Below are positions 46,765-57,427 of a DNA stretch of 59,518 nt, piece by piece (positions within the stretch are counted from its first letter, which is position 1; each line of letters starts with the position of its first letter). Origin of the DNA: Sutterella sp. (GTDB taxonomy: Bacteria; Pseudomonadota; Gammaproteobacteria; Burkholderiales; Burkholderiaceae_F); contig DYCH01000077.1 in the NCBI GenBank assembly GCA_019418235.1, positions 46,099 through 105,616 on the forward strand. The letters are read 5' to 3'. The translations under genes and the position numbers were made by a program. The notes under the pieces were generated by a model. It made no database searches, was not told the origin of the DNA, and worked only from the letters and a program-made list of their open reading frames with translations.

Positions 46765-48447
46765 ATGACCGAATTTCCTTGGCTTGCTCAGTACCCGAAG
46801 GGTATCCCCGCTACGATTGATCCCGATGGTTTTGCGAGTATCCCTGCTGTGCTCGATAAGATTGTCAACGATCGCCCCCAAACCCCGATTTTCACGAACA
46901 TGGGCGTAACGCTCACGGCACAAGAAACGTTTGATATGTCAAATGATTTGGGTGCTTACTTGCAATCGTTGCCCGGTATGCAAAAAGGCGACCGCGTTGC
47001 CATCATGATGCCCAACCTCTTGCAATACCCCGTGTCTTTATTTGGCATTTTGCGCGCTGGTTTCGTCGTTGTGAACGTCAATCCCCTTTACACCGCTCGT
47101 GAGCTTGAACACCAACTCAAGGACTCTGGTGCCAAGGCCATTATCATCATTGAAAACTTCGCTAAAACGCTCGAACGCGTCATTGATCGCACGCCCGTTA
47201 AGCATGTGATCACCACACAAGTGGGCGACCTTTTCCCGTTTGCCAAACGCTTATTGGTCAACGCTGTTATTAAGCACGTCAAAAAGATGATCCCTCAGTG
47301 GAATCTTCCCAATGCCGTCACTTTCCGTGAAGCCATGGAAAAGGGGCACGCACGAGGCTTAACGCCCGTTGAACTCAATAACGAAGATATCGCTCTTTTG
47401 CAATACACGGGTGGTACCACGGGCGTCTCCAAGGGTGCCATGCTCACGCACCGCAATGTCATTGCTAACGTCTTCCAAACGGGCCACTGGATTAGCCTTA
47501 AGTTTGAGATGTACAAAGAAGTGGCAATGACGGCTCTGCCCCTTTACCACATCTTTGCTTGCACGGCGATGCTCTCTTTCTTAAATTGGGGGGCTCGTAG
47601 CGTCTTGATCACCAATCCCCGTGACATGAAGGGTTTGGTCAAAGAATGTCAAAAGTGGAAATTCTCCATTTATACGGGCGTCAATACGCTCTATAACGCC
47701 TTATTAAATACCGAAGGCTTTAAAGACGTGGACTTTTCTCACATCAAAATGTCCGTTGCTGGTGGCACGCAAATTCAACAAGTCGTCGCCGAACGCTGGA
47801 AGAGCACCACGGGTTGCGGCATTTTGGAAGCTTACGGTTTAACGGAAACGAGCCCCGGTGTTTGCGGCAACTTAGCCAATGCACCTTGGGACGGCTCTGT
47901 GGGCTATCCGGTGCCTTCCACCGAAGTGACGATCCGTGGCGAAGGCTTTAAAGATTTGGGCGTTTGCGATGATCCGAGCCGTATTCCGGAATTCACGGGT
48001 GAAATCTGCGTGAAGGGCCCGCAAGTCATGAAGGGCTATTGGAATCGTCCTGAAGAAACCGCCGGCGTCTTCCGCGACGGTTGGTTGCGCACGGGTGACG
48101 TGGGCTTTATGGATGCCACCGGTAAGATCACGATCACGGATCGTAAGAAAGACATGATTTTGGTCTCGGGCTTTAACGTCTATCCGAACGAAGTCGAAGG
48201 CGTGATTGCCTCGATGCCCGGTGTCTTGGAATGCGGTGTTGTGGGTGTCCCTCATGAACGCTCCGGTGAAACCGTTAAGGCCGTGATTGTCTTAAAGGAT
48301 CCTTCGATCACGAAGGACGATGTCGTGAAGTATTGCCGCACGCAATTGACGGGCTACAAGATTCCGCGTCAAATCATCTTTGTTGACTCATTACCGAAGA
48401 CCGCTGTCGGTAAGATTTTGCGTCGTGAATTGAAAGACATCAAATAA
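46765..48447 (+). CDS. fadD: long-chain-fatty-acid--CoA ligase
   Basis: QYTGGTTGVSKG, EAYGLTET, GWLRTGD and DRKKDMILVSGFNVYPNE. Confidence 0.9.
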   Translation: MTEFPWLAQYPKGIPATIDPDGFASIPAVLDKIVNDRPQTPIFTNMGVTLTAQETFDMSNDLGAYLQSLPGMQKGDRVAIMMPNLLQYPVSLFGILRAGFVVVNVNPLYTARELEHQLKDSGAKAIIIIENFAKTLERVIDRTPVKHVITTQVGDLFPFAKRLLVNAVIKHVKKMIPQWNLPNAVTFREAMEKGHARGLTPVELNNEDIALLQYTGGTTGVSKGAMLTHRNVIANVFQTGHWISLKFEMYKEVAMTALPLYHIFACTAMLSFLNWGARSVLITNPRDMKGLVKECQKWKFSIYTGVNTLYNALLNTEGFKDVDFSHIKMSVAGGTQIQQVVAERWKSTTGCGILEAYGLTETSPGVCGNLANAPWDGSVGYPVPSTEVTIRGEGFKDLGVCDDPSRIPEFTGEICVKGPQVMKGYWNRPEETAGVFRDGWLRTGDVGFMDATGKITITDRKKDMILVSGFNVYPNEVEGVIASMPGVLECGVVGVPHERSGETVKAVIVLKDPSITKDDVVKYCRTQLTGYKIPRQIIFVDSLPKTAVGKILRRELKDIK

Positions 48448-48463
48448 TTCTTGTCCTTAGTCT

Positions 48464-48497
48464 AAAAAGCCTCGAATCCAACGTTCGAGGCTTTTTT
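48464..48497 (+). terminator. fadD terminator
   Basis: AAAAAGCCTCGAA/TTCGAGGCTTTTT. Confidence 0.8.
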
Positions 48498-48667
48498 GCG
48501 TCTCAACTTGTACCAAAGTATTAAGTACCTTTGTGTAGGGGTAGGCAATTTTTTTGCGTTATTTCATCTTCGTACAACAAACCCCCTATGTTTTATACAA
48601 CCTTTTGTCGACCGATCTCCTAGAATGGAAAAACGCTTTTTTAAAACAAACATAAAGGTATTTGATC

Positions 48668-49999
48668 ATGTCAACATCCGATTCCGCCTGGAGTTCGCGG
48701 TTAGGCTTTATTCTTGCTTCGGCAAGCTCCGCGATTGGCTTGGGCGCCATTTGGAAGTTCCCCTACTGGGCGGGCACCAATGGCGGCGCTGCCTTCATTA
48801 TCCCGTTCTTGATTTTCACGTTCACCATTGGTGTGGTATTGGTGATGGCCGAATGTGCCATGGGCCGTGCCGGTCGTGGCTCCGCCGTTCACGCTTTGAA
48901 AAATTTAGGGGGTCCCGTTTTTGCCTTCGTCGGGGGCTTGGCGGTATTAAATGCCTACATTATTTTGACCTACTATAGCGTTATCGGCGGTTGGTGCGTC
49001 TCTTACCTCTTTGAATCCATTTTGGGCAATGTCTTGAGCAATGATGCCAAGGTCTTGACCGATCAATTCAATGGCTTAGTGACCGACGGTCCGACCAATG
49101 TCTTTTTCATGTTCCTCTTCCTCACCGCTACTTGTGGCGTTGTGGCTTTGGGCGTGGAAAAGGGCATTGAAATGATTGCCAAGTATTTGATGCCCCTTTT
49201 GTTCGTCTTGATGGTTTTGATCATCATCCGTACGATGATGATGCCTAACGCTTGGGAAGGCATGCAATTCCTCTTCTCCTTTAATTGGGAACAAGTGAGC
49301 ACTCAATCCATTTTGAATGCTATGGGCTTTACCTTCTTCTCGCTCTCACTTGGCGCCGGCATCTTGGTGACCTATGGTGCCTATTTGAGTAAGAACACGG
49401 ACATTCCGAGTTCCTCCGTTTGGGTGGCCTTTTTGTCTACGCAAGCTGCCCTTTTGGCTGGCGTGATGATTATTCCGGCTGCTTTTGCTTTCGGCATGGA
49501 CCCGGCTGCCGGTCCCGGCCTTGTCTTCATCACGATTCCGATGATCTTTGAACACATGCCCGCCGGTGCTTTCTTGGCTGTTGCTTTCTACGTCTGCTTG
49601 GGCATTGCTGCTATTACGAGCTCTGTGTCCTTGTTGGAAGTGGTTGTCGCTTACCTCATTAACGAATGGCACATGCATCGTCGCTCTGCAACGATCCTTT
49701 GCTGGGGAACGCTCTTTGTGTTTGCTAGCTTCCAAGCTTTAGGTTTCAGCACTTTTGCTGACTTTACGATTGCCGGTATGTCGTTGCTCGACTTCTCCGA
49801 CTATGTTTGCTCCAACATCTTGATGCCGTTGGGCGGTTTGAGTATCGCTGCTTTGGCCGGTTGGATTGCATGGCCCACGATGAAGGCTCAAATGGTCATG
49901 ATCAAAGATCACAACCCCCTTTACATCAGTTGGATTCGCTTGACCATTACGATTTTGGCTCCGGCCTTGGTTGCCATCGTGTTGATTTCAGGGATTTAA
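48668..49999 (+). CDS. sodium-dependent transporter, NSS/SLC6 family, paralog 1
   Basis: WSSRLGFILA, GLGAIWKFPY, FFSLSLG and GPGLVF. Confidence 0.92.
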   Translation: MSTSDSAWSSRLGFILASASSAIGLGAIWKFPYWAGTNGGAAFIIPFLIFTFTIGVVLVMAECAMGRAGRGSAVHALKNLGGPVFAFVGGLAVLNAYIILTYYSVIGGWCVSYLFESILGNVLSNDAKVLTDQFNGLVTDGPTNVFFMFLFLTATCGVVALGVEKGIEMIAKYLMPLLFVLMVLIIIRTMMMPNAWEGMQFLFSFNWEQVSTQSILNAMGFTFFSLSLGAGILVTYGAYLSKNTDIPSSSVWVAFLSTQAALLAGVMIIPAAFAFGMDPAAGPGLVFITIPMIFEHMPAGAFLAVAFYVCLGIAAITSSVSLLEVVVAYLINEWHMHRRSATILCWGTLFVFASFQALGFSTFADFTIAGMSLLDFSDYVCSNILMPLGGLSIAALAGWIAWPTMKAQMVMIKDHNPLYISWIRLTITILAPALVAIVLISGI

Positions 50000-50027
50000 T
50001 CCAACAAACTTCGATAATCAACAGTAA

Positions 50028-50069
50028 AATGATGCGCCTTAGTGCCTCAATAGCCTAAGGCGCATTATT
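50028..50069 (+). other. intercistronic 15-bp stem-loop
   Basis: AATGATGCGCCTTAG/CTAAGGCGCATTATT. Confidence 0.55.
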
Positions 50070-50104
50070 ATTTGAAAATAACAACATCTATAAGGGTTCT
50101 TTCT

Positions 50105-51442
50105 ATGTCTCAAAGTCGTTCTACCTGGGGCTCTAAAATCGGGTTCGTGCTCGCAAGCGCCGGCGCTTCGGTCGGCCTTGGGGCCATTTGGAAGTTCCCC
50201 TACTTGGTGGGCTCTAACGGTGGCTCAGCTTTCTTATTCCCCTTCATTTTGTTAACGCTCACCGTGGGCTTGGTTTTGCTTATTGCTGAACTGGCTTTGG
50301 GTCGCGCAGGTGCGGGCTCCATCGTTACGGGCTTTCGTAAGTTGGGTGGCAAGTCTTGGGGACGCGCAGGCTACCTCGGTGTCATCACGGGCTTTTTGGT
50401 TTTGAGTTTTTACTCAGCCATTGGCGGTTGGACCATTGCTTACTTCATTAATGCCTGTTTAGGTAACGGGCTTGTGGCCGACCAAGCACAGTTAGGCGCT
50501 CACTTTGGCCGTATTGCCGGCACGCCTGAAATGGCAATTGGCTTTCAAGCACTCTTTTTGGTGATGACCGGTTGGGTGGTGGCCTATGGCGTCAGTAGCG
50601 GCATTGAACGACTCTCCAAGGTACTCATGCCCCTGCTTTTCATTTTGATGCTTGTTTTAATCGTCCGCTCGCTATTCTTGCCGGGTGCTGAAAAAGGTTT
50701 GGCTTACCTCTTTAGTTGGAACCCCGAAGCCTTTACGGTCGACGCTTTACTGTCTGCCATGGGCTTTACGTTCTTCTCTTTGTGTTTGGGCAGTGGCTGT
50801 ATGCTCACCTATGGTAGCTACCTCGATAAAGATACCGACTTGGTTTATTCCTCCGCTTGGATTGCCGGTTTGACGATTTTGAGTTCTTTGCTCGGCGCCT
50901 TAATGGTGATGCCCTCGGTCTTTGCCTTTGGTTTAGATCCGACGGCGGGCCCCGGCTTAACCTTCGTAACGATGCCGGCCATTTTTGCGCAAATGCCCGC
51001 AGGTCACCTCTTTGCCATTGCGTTTTATGCTTGCTTACTCGTTGCGGCCATCACAAGTTCCGTCTCTATGCTTGAAATCGATGTTGCGTTCTTGCACGAT
51101 GAATGGCACTGGTCTCGTCCCAAGGCCGTTGTGGTGACGACCGCTTTATTGATGTTTGTAGGGAGTTTTAGCGCACTTTCCTTTGGCCCCTTGGCTGACG
51201 ATAAATGGATGGGACGCAACTTCTTTGATTGGGTTGACTATTTGACCTCTAACATCAGTTTGCCCATTGGCGGTTTGATGGTGGCGATTCTCTCAAGCTG
51301 GCTTGTGTGGGATAAGGTTAAACCGGCCATTTCGGGAGCCAATCACGAAATGCGTAGCGCCACTACTTACAAAGTGCTTCGCATCGGTATTGCCGTTTTT
51401 GCTCCGATCTTGGTGATTACGGTTTTGTTGACGGGCATTTAG
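50105..51442 (+). CDS. NSS-family transporter, paralog 2
   Basis: WGSKIGFVLA, GLGAIWKFPY and GPGLTF; start set at MSQSR. Confidence 0.92.
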   Translation: MSQSRSTWGSKIGFVLASAGASVGLGAIWKFPYLVGSNGGSAFLFPFILLTLTVGLVLLIAELALGRAGAGSIVTGFRKLGGKSWGRAGYLGVITGFLVLSFYSAIGGWTIAYFINACLGNGLVADQAQLGAHFGRIAGTPEMAIGFQALFLVMTGWVVAYGVSSGIERLSKVLMPLLFILMLVLIVRSLFLPGAEKGLAYLFSWNPEAFTVDALLSAMGFTFFSLCLGSGCMLTYGSYLDKDTDLVYSSAWIAGLTILSSLLGALMVMPSVFAFGLDPTAGPGLTFVTMPAIFAQMPAGHLFAIAFYACLLVAAITSSVSMLEIDVAFLHDEWHWSRPKAVVVTTALLMFVGSFSALSFGPLADDKWMGRNFFDWVDYLTSNISLPIGGLMVAILSSWLVWDKVKPAISGANHEMRSATTYKVLRIGIAVFAPILVITVLLTGI

Positions 51443-51467
51443 GTACAAACCCTCGTCTCTAAGGAAA

Positions 51468-51505
51468 AGAGCTCATTGCGGTCTTCGTAATGAGCTTTTT
51501 CTTTT
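51468..51505 (+). terminator. terminator after NSS paralog 2
   Basis: AGAGCTCATTGCG/CGTAATGAGCTTT plus T run. Confidence 0.75.
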
Positions 51506-51668
51506 GAGTTTCATAAGCCCTTTGACTTATGAATTGACTAGAAGTTCCTCCAATGAAGGGGCAAAATTTTTCTTACGTCACCTGTTTGGGTGACCAAACC
51601 GAGAAATTGGACGACAAAGAAACCCGGTTAAGGGATGTCGGACCGAACCTACAATAAGAGGGATACAA

Positions 51669-52637
51669 ATGATTAAACAGCGATCTTTAGCCATCGCCGT
51701 CACCGCCATTTTAGGCATGACAGGCATGACGTTAACAACGGCACATGCCGCTCCGGTACCAACAACGGTCGGTTTAGTGCAATTAGTTGAACACCCGGCA
51801 TTGGATGCCGCCAATAAAGGGATTGTCGATGCGATGAAGGCACGTGGTTTAAACGTCACGTTTGACCAGCAAAACGCCCAAGCCGACCAATCCAACTTGA
51901 GTAATATTTCTCAACGTTTTGTCACCCAAAAGTATCCTCTCATTTTTGCCATTGCAACGCCTGCTGCTCAGTCCGTTGCCAATGCCACCGATAAAACGCC
52001 TATTGTGGCCACTGCCGTCACAGATTTCGCTGTTGCAAAACTCGTAAAAGACAATGCAAAACCCGGCACCAACGTCACGGGTTCCTCTGACTTAAACCCC
52101 GTGGCCGCACAGTTGGACCTTTTGATGCAATTGGTTCCTAATGCCAAAACCATCGGTACGATTTACAACTCCTCTGAAATTAACTCAGAATTCCAAATCG
52201 CCATTTTGAGAAAAGAGTTGGCTCGCTATAACTTAAAGCTTGTTGAGCTCACCGTCTCCAACATTAACGACGTACAACAAACGGCTCGTAGCATGGTGGG
52301 CAAGGTTGACGCCATTTATGTCCCGACCGATAACGTCATTGCTTCTGCCATGCCCGTTCTTGCCAAGATCACCAATCGCGCAAAGATTCCTGTGATTACC
52401 GGTGAAGAAGGTATGTGCGCCAATGGTGGTCTCGCCACCGTTGGTGTTGATTACTACAACTTGGGCAAGATTGCCGGGAACATGGGTGCGGACATCCTTG
52501 AAGGCAAGGGCCAACCGCAAACCATGCCCATCCGTTATCAAACCGAATTTAAGGCCAAAATTAACGAAAAGACGGCCAAACGCATTGGCATCAAGATCCC
52601 TGAATCTGTCACGAAATACGCTGAATTTATTAAGTAG
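51669..52637 (+). CDS. ABC transporter substrate-binding protein (TrpX/ABC_sub_bind-like, aromatic amino acid candidate)
   Basis: QLVEHPALD, QNAQAD, IATPAAQ, YNSSEINS and PTDN motifs. Confidence 0.82.
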   Translation: MIKQRSLAIAVTAILGMTGMTLTTAHAAPVPTTVGLVQLVEHPALDAANKGIVDAMKARGLNVTFDQQNAQADQSNLSNISQRFVTQKYPLIFAIATPAAQSVANATDKTPIVATAVTDFAVAKLVKDNAKPGTNVTGSSDLNPVAAQLDLLMQLVPNAKTIGTIYNSSEINSEFQIAILRKELARYNLKLVELTVSNINDVQQTARSMVGKVDAIYVPTDNVIASAMPVLAKITNRAKIPVITGEEGMCANGGLATVGVDYYNLGKIAGNMGADILEGKGQPQTMPIRYQTEFKAKINEKTAKRIGIKIPESVTKYAEFIK

Positions 52638-52712
52638 TGATATTGGATGGTCGCAATAGACTCCCCAAAGAGTCTATTGCCCACTTCGTTTTTTATTTTT
52701 GGGGATAGTTTC

Positions 52713-53582
52713 ATGATTGATATTTTGATACCCACCATCGGCCAAGGGTTGTTGTGGGCCATTTTAGCCATCGGCGTATTCATTACATTCCGCGTTTTAG
52801 ATTTAGCTGACTTGTCCGTTGAAGGGTCTTTCCCTTTGGGTGCTGCGGTGGCTGCTAGCGCATTGGTCTCGGGCTACAGCATCACGGTGGCCTTTGTTCT
52901 TGCCATGATCGCGGGCGCCCTGGCCGGTGTCGTGACGGGGATCTTAACCACTAAACTCAAAATTCCTGCCCTCTTAGCCGGGATTTTGACCATGATTGCA
53001 CTTTACTCTATCAATCTTCATGTGATGGGACGAGCCAATATAGCCCTTTTACGTGTCGATACGATTTTCTCCATCATTACCGATTGGGAGTTAACGGAAG
53101 ACATGACTTCGCTCTTAGTAGGGGCTCTCGCTGTGGGTATCGTCGGTTGCGTTGTCTATTGGTTCTTTGGCACTGAACTTGGAACCGCCATTCGTGCCAC
53201 CGGATGCAACGATCAGATGGCCCGTGCGCAAGGTGTCAATACCAATTCCATGATTGTTTTGGGGCTTTTAATCAGTAACGCTTTAGTTGCCCTTTCGGGT
53301 GCTCTTGTCGCTCAAAGTAACGGCTTTGCCGATGTGGGCATGGGTGTGGGCACCATCGTGATTGGCCTGGCTTCTGTCATCATTGGTGAAGTTCTCTTCG
53401 GTGCGAAAAGTTTTCTCAATAGCCTCATCGCTGTCATTTTGGGCTCCATCGTCTACCGTTTGGTCATTGCCATCGTTTTGCAAATGGGGATGCCGCCCAA
53501 CGATTTAAAACTTTTCACGGCGGTGTTGGTCGCCTTTGCTTTGGCACTTCCCCTCATCCGCGAGCGCTTTGCTCATCGTTAA
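52713..53582 (+). CDS. ABC transporter permease (TrpY-like)
   Basis: DLSVEGSFPLG, ALYSINL, GFADVGMGVG and DLKL; start set at MIDIL. Confidence 0.85.
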   Translation: MIDILIPTIGQGLLWAILAIGVFITFRVLDLADLSVEGSFPLGAAVAASALVSGYSITVAFVLAMIAGALAGVVTGILTTKLKIPALLAGILTMIALYSINLHVMGRANIALLRVDTIFSIITDWELTEDMTSLLVGALAVGIVGCVVYWFFGTELGTAIRATGCNDQMARAQGVNTNSMIVLGLLISNALVALSGALVAQSNGFADVGMGVGTIVIGLASVIIGEVLFGAKSFLNSLIAVILGSIVYRLVIAIVLQMGMPPNDLKLFTAVLVAFALALPLIRERFAHR

Positions 53583-53601
53583 TGACTTTTAGGACAATGC
53601 C

Positions 53602-54390
53602 ATGCTTATCGTTAAAGATGTTAAAAAGACGTTCTTTCCTGGAAGCGTCAACGAGAAAAAAGCCCTTCAAGGGGTCAACCTCACCCTCAACGACGGCGAT
53701 TTCGTCACCGTCATCGGCAGTAACGGTGCCGGTAAATCCACTTTTTTAAATTCCGTGGCCGGCGCTTTCCCGGTCGATTCTGGCACTATCACGATTGACG
53801 GCGTGGATGTGACGCGTATGCCCGAACACGTCCGTGCCCAATACATCGGTCGCGTGTTCCAAGACCCGATGCGAGGGACCGCAGCCAAAATGATGATTGA
53901 AGAAAATCTCGCCATGGCCTCTCGCCGTGGTAAGCGCCTGGGCCTTAAGTGGAGTGCTCAAACAGAAGAAACTGCACACTTTCAAGAACTTTTAAAGCTC
54001 TTGGACTTGGGGCTTGAAAATCGCATGACCGCTCGCGTCGGACTTTTGTCGGGCGGTCAACGCCAAGCTTTAACCCTTTTGATGGCAACGCTCGTTCGAC
54101 CCAAACTTTTGTTGCTTGACGAACACACCGCGGCGCTCGACCCCAAAACGGCTGAAAAGGTTTTGCAGTTAACCGATCGCTTCGTTAAAGAGCAACAACT
54201 CACTACGCTCATGATTACGCACAACATGCGTGACGCACTGCGTTTTGGCAATCGTTTGTGCATGATGCATAACGGCAGAATCATTGTTGATGTGGCCGGT
54301 CAAGAAAAAGAAAAATTGACCGTACAAGATCTTTTGGGCTTATTTGAAAAGGCCGCTGGCGAAGTAAGCGACGCCATGATTTTGGGTTAG
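53602..54390 (+). CDS. ABC transporter ATP-binding protein (TrpZ-like)
   Basis: GSNGAGKST, RVFQDP, LSGGQRQ and LDEHTAALDP. Confidence 0.9.
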   Translation: MLIVKDVKKTFFPGSVNEKKALQGVNLTLNDGDFVTVIGSNGAGKSTFLNSVAGAFPVDSGTITIDGVDVTRMPEHVRAQYIGRVFQDPMRGTAAKMMIEENLAMASRRGKRLGLKWSAQTEETAHFQELLKLLDLGLENRMTARVGLLSGGQRQALTLLMATLVRPKLLLLDEHTAALDPKTAEKVLQLTDRFVKEQQLTTLMITHNMRDALRFGNRLCMMHNGRIIVDVAGQEKEKLTVQDLLGLFEKAAGEVSDAMILG

Positions 54391-54508
54391 AGCACATTTA
54401 GGGATACAATAGTTAGATTCTTTCTCAAAAAAAGCTTGAATAACCTTCTTGAGACTGACGGGGATCCGCACTGGTTATTCTCATGCTACTAACAATAGGA
54501 CTCTAACC

Positions 54509-55855
54509 ATGTCTACATCTACGATCACGCGATCCGTTTGGGGATCGCGTTTGGGCTTTATTTTAGCCAGTGCTGGCTCTGCGGTCGGCCTCGGTGCCAT
54601 CTGGAAATTCCCCTACATGGCTGGCACCAATGGCGGTTCAGCCTTTATTCTCCCCTACATCTTACTGACCATTGCCGTGGGCCTCGTTGTGATGCTCATT
54701 GAAATGTCTCTTGGCCGTGCTGCCCGTGGCGGCCCCGCTCGAGCGCTTCCTCATTTCGGAGGTAAACACTGGAGCATTGTGGGCATCATCAGCGTCTTGG
54801 CGGGCTTTCTTATCATGGCCTTTTACCAGGTCATCGGTGGCTGGTGCTTAAATTATCTTGTCGATGCGCTCATGGGGCGCGGTCTCATTAGCGATACCTC
54901 TCAACTCGGCGGTGCTTTTGATCAGTTTGTGACCAACGGCCCCAAAGTGATTGGTATGCAAATCTCGTTCCTGCTTTTGAGCGTTGCTGTCATCGCCTTT
55001 GGTGTTGAAAAGGGCATTGAACGCATCTCCAAAATTTTGATGCCGACGCTCTTTCTTTTAATGCTCTTATTGATCGTCCGTGGGTTAACGTTGCCCGGCG
55101 CTTGGGACGGTGTCAACTTCATGTTTAAGTTTGACCCTTCCGTTTTTAACGGCGATTCTCTTTTAAACGCTTTGGGCTTTGCCTTTTTCTCGCTTTCTTT
55201 AGGTTCGGGTTCCATGATGAACTATGGCTCGTACTTAAGTGACGACGTCAACCTTCCTACGTCCGTGGCTTGGATTACGTTCTTGGCTGTCATTGCGGCT
55301 ATTTTGGGTGGCTTAATGATCATGCCTGCTGTTTTTGCCTTTGGGTTAAATCCTGCTGCTGGCCCCGGTTTGACGTTCGTGACGATGCCGGCCGTTTTTG
55401 CTCAATTGCCCTTGGGACAATTCTTTGCCATCTTGTTTTATGCGTGTTTGACGGTGGCGGCTTTGACGAGCGCCATCAGCATGATTGAGATGAGTGTGCA
55501 GTTTTTGGTTGATCAATACAGATTAGCCCGTAAGCAAAGTATCCTAGTCGTAACTATCGTTTTGGCCGCAATTGGGGTAATCTGCTCATTGAGCTTCAGC
55601 ACCTTATCTGATGTGAAATTTGCGGGTAGAACATTCTTCGATTTACTCGACTACCTCACCAGTAATATTGGTATGCCGATTGGAGCGATGGGTATTGCTA
55701 TTGTGGGTGGCTACTTAGCTTGGCCCACAATGAAAGACCAATTACAAACGGTTCGCCCCATGAATACAACACTTTTGAACATCATTGCCTTCTCAATTCG
55801 ATTTATCGTGCCCTGCGTGATTGTTGTCATCGCACTCGCAGGGCTACTTGGATAA
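54509..55855 (+). CDS. NSS-family transporter, paralog 3
   Basis: WGSRLGFILA and GLGAIWKFPY; AGGA SD before ATG 54509. Confidence 0.92.
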   Translation: MSTSTITRSVWGSRLGFILASAGSAVGLGAIWKFPYMAGTNGGSAFILPYILLTIAVGLVVMLIEMSLGRAARGGPARALPHFGGKHWSIVGIISVLAGFLIMAFYQVIGGWCLNYLVDALMGRGLISDTSQLGGAFDQFVTNGPKVIGMQISFLLLSVAVIAFGVEKGIERISKILMPTLFLLMLLLIVRGLTLPGAWDGVNFMFKFDPSVFNGDSLLNALGFAFFSLSLGSGSMMNYGSYLSDDVNLPTSVAWITFLAVIAAILGGLMIMPAVFAFGLNPAAGPGLTFVTMPAVFAQLPLGQFFAILFYACLTVAALTSAISMIEMSVQFLVDQYRLARKQSILVVTIVLAAIGVICSLSFSTLSDVKFAGRTFFDLLDYLTSNIGMPIGAMGIAIVGGYLAWPTMKDQLQTVRPMNTTLLNIIAFSIRFIVPCVIVVIALAGLLG

Positions 55856-55891
55856 GCACTTAAAAGAGCTTTCCTTCTGATGTCTTCTCTA

Positions 55892-55922
55892 GGCAGAGAA
55901 AAATGTCTTGTTTTTCTCTGCC
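55892..55922 (+). other. intercistronic 12-bp stem-loop
   Basis: GGCAGAGAAAAA/TTTTTCTCTGCC with no U tail. Confidence 0.5.
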
Positions 55923-56005
55923 GACACTGTCTTTCATCATTAAAAATTTGACTGCTATTTATCAGTGTTTATGCAGTCTTTGCCCCTTAAAAGAGGTAAT
56001 TTATC

Positions 56006-57334
56006 ATGGCTAAACGTGACTTATGGACGTCCCGTCTCGGGTTCATTCTCGCGAGCGCCGGCGCCGCTGTCGGTCTTGGCGCTATTTGGAAATTCCCCTA
56101 CATGGCCGGTACCAATGGTGGTGCTGCCTTTATCATTCCTTACATTGTCTTTTGCTTTACGATCGGGATGTTCTTACTCTTAGCGGAACTCGTAGTAGGT
56201 CGGGCCGGGCGCGCCGCCAGCATCAAAAGCATGATTCGAGTCGGTAAGTCTCGCACCTGGGGGATTTTCGGTCTCATCGGTGTGCTCACGGGCTTTTTCA
56301 TTTTGACGTTCTACTCCACCGTGGGCGGTTGGTGCGTGGCCTACGCCGTTGATGCCGTGATGGGTAAGGGCCTAATCACCGATTTAAGTCAATTAGGCAA
56401 CTACTTTGGCCAATTTATCGGTAATCCCCTCTTGGGCATCTTCTATCAATTGGTCTTCATGTTGATGACCGCCGGTACCGTGGTCTTTGGTGTGCAACGC
56501 GGGATTGAACGCTTGGCAAAGTATTTGATGCCCACGCTTTTCATCTTGATGTTGGTTTTGATTATCCGTGGCTTGACGCTTCCGGGCGCATGGGCCGGTG
56601 TCGAATTCATGTTCAGTTTCAACTGGGAAGACTTCAATGCCGACTCCCTTTTTAACGCCATGGGTTTCTGCTTCTTCTCCTTGTCCGTGGGTGCCGGTAC
56701 GTTGATTGTTTACGCGTCTTACCTCTCGGACGGAGCGGATCTTCCGCGCTCGACGGCTTGGATCGCTTTCTTAGGCATTATCGCCGCCCTCTTAGGTGGC
56801 TTAATGGTAATGCCCCCTGTGTTTGCTTTCGGTCTTGAACCCACAGCTGGCCCCGGTTTAACGTTCGTGACGATGCCTGCCGTATTCGCTCACATGCCCT
56901 TTGGTCAATTCTTTGCCATTCTCTTTTATGTCTGCTTGATTGTGGCCGCTTTAACGAGCTCGGTGAGTATTTTTGAAGCCGTCACGGCCGCTTTAAATGA
57001 CATTAATATTCCCCGTCGCACGGCCGTCCCCGTTGCCTTTGTCTCCATGATGGCGGTGGGCGTTTTCTGCACGATGTCCTTTGGTCCTTTGGCCGACTTC
57101 AAGATTTTCGGCAAGACCATTTTTGACCTTTTGGACTACTTAACGAGTAACGTCGGGATGCCGGTCACCGCTTTAGGTTTGGCCATCATTGCCGCTTGGG
57201 TCAACTGGAAAGAAACGCACAAGCAATTAACGAGTGCTCAAGGTCTTTCTCCTTGGATGCTTAACCTCATCCGTATCGGTATCGGTGTGATTTCTCCGAT
57301 CGTGATTGTGACGGTTGTGCTTCGCAGTATTTAA
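56006..57334 (+). CDS. NSS-family transporter, paralog 4
   Basis: WTSRLGFILA, GLGAIWKFPY and GPGLTF. Confidence 0.92.
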   Translation: MAKRDLWTSRLGFILASAGAAVGLGAIWKFPYMAGTNGGAAFIIPYIVFCFTIGMFLLLAELVVGRAGRAASIKSMIRVGKSRTWGIFGLIGVLTGFFILTFYSTVGGWCVAYAVDAVMGKGLITDLSQLGNYFGQFIGNPLLGIFYQLVFMLMTAGTVVFGVQRGIERLAKYLMPTLFILMLVLIIRGLTLPGAWAGVEFMFSFNWEDFNADSLFNAMGFCFFSLSVGAGTLIVYASYLSDGADLPRSTAWIAFLGIIAALLGGLMVMPPVFAFGLEPTAGPGLTFVTMPAVFAHMPFGQFFAILFYVCLIVAALTSSVSIFEAVTAALNDINIPRRTAVPVAFVSMMAVGVFCTMSFGPLADFKIFGKTIFDLLDYLTSNVGMPVTALGLAIIAAWVNWKETHKQLTSAQGLSPWMLNLIRIGIGVISPIVIVTVVLRSI

Positions 57335-57350
57335 GCGACAGGCCTTAATT

Positions 57351-57389
57351 CGAAAAGAGGCTTCTCCAAATGGGGAAGCCTCGTTTTCG
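57351..57389. terminator. bidirectional terminator between NSS paralog 4 and the dipeptidase
   Basis: GAGGCTTCTCC/GGGGAAGCCTC flanked by AAAA and TTTT. Confidence 0.8.
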
Positions 57390-57427
57390 TTATAAAGCAA
57401 ACGATTTAGTCGTTAGCTAATTTTCAA

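Noticed and set aside
48588..48623. Aromatic-sensing leader peptide MFYTTFCRPIS* before NSS paralog 1
   Set aside because: No SD, no tandem control codons and no downstream terminator.
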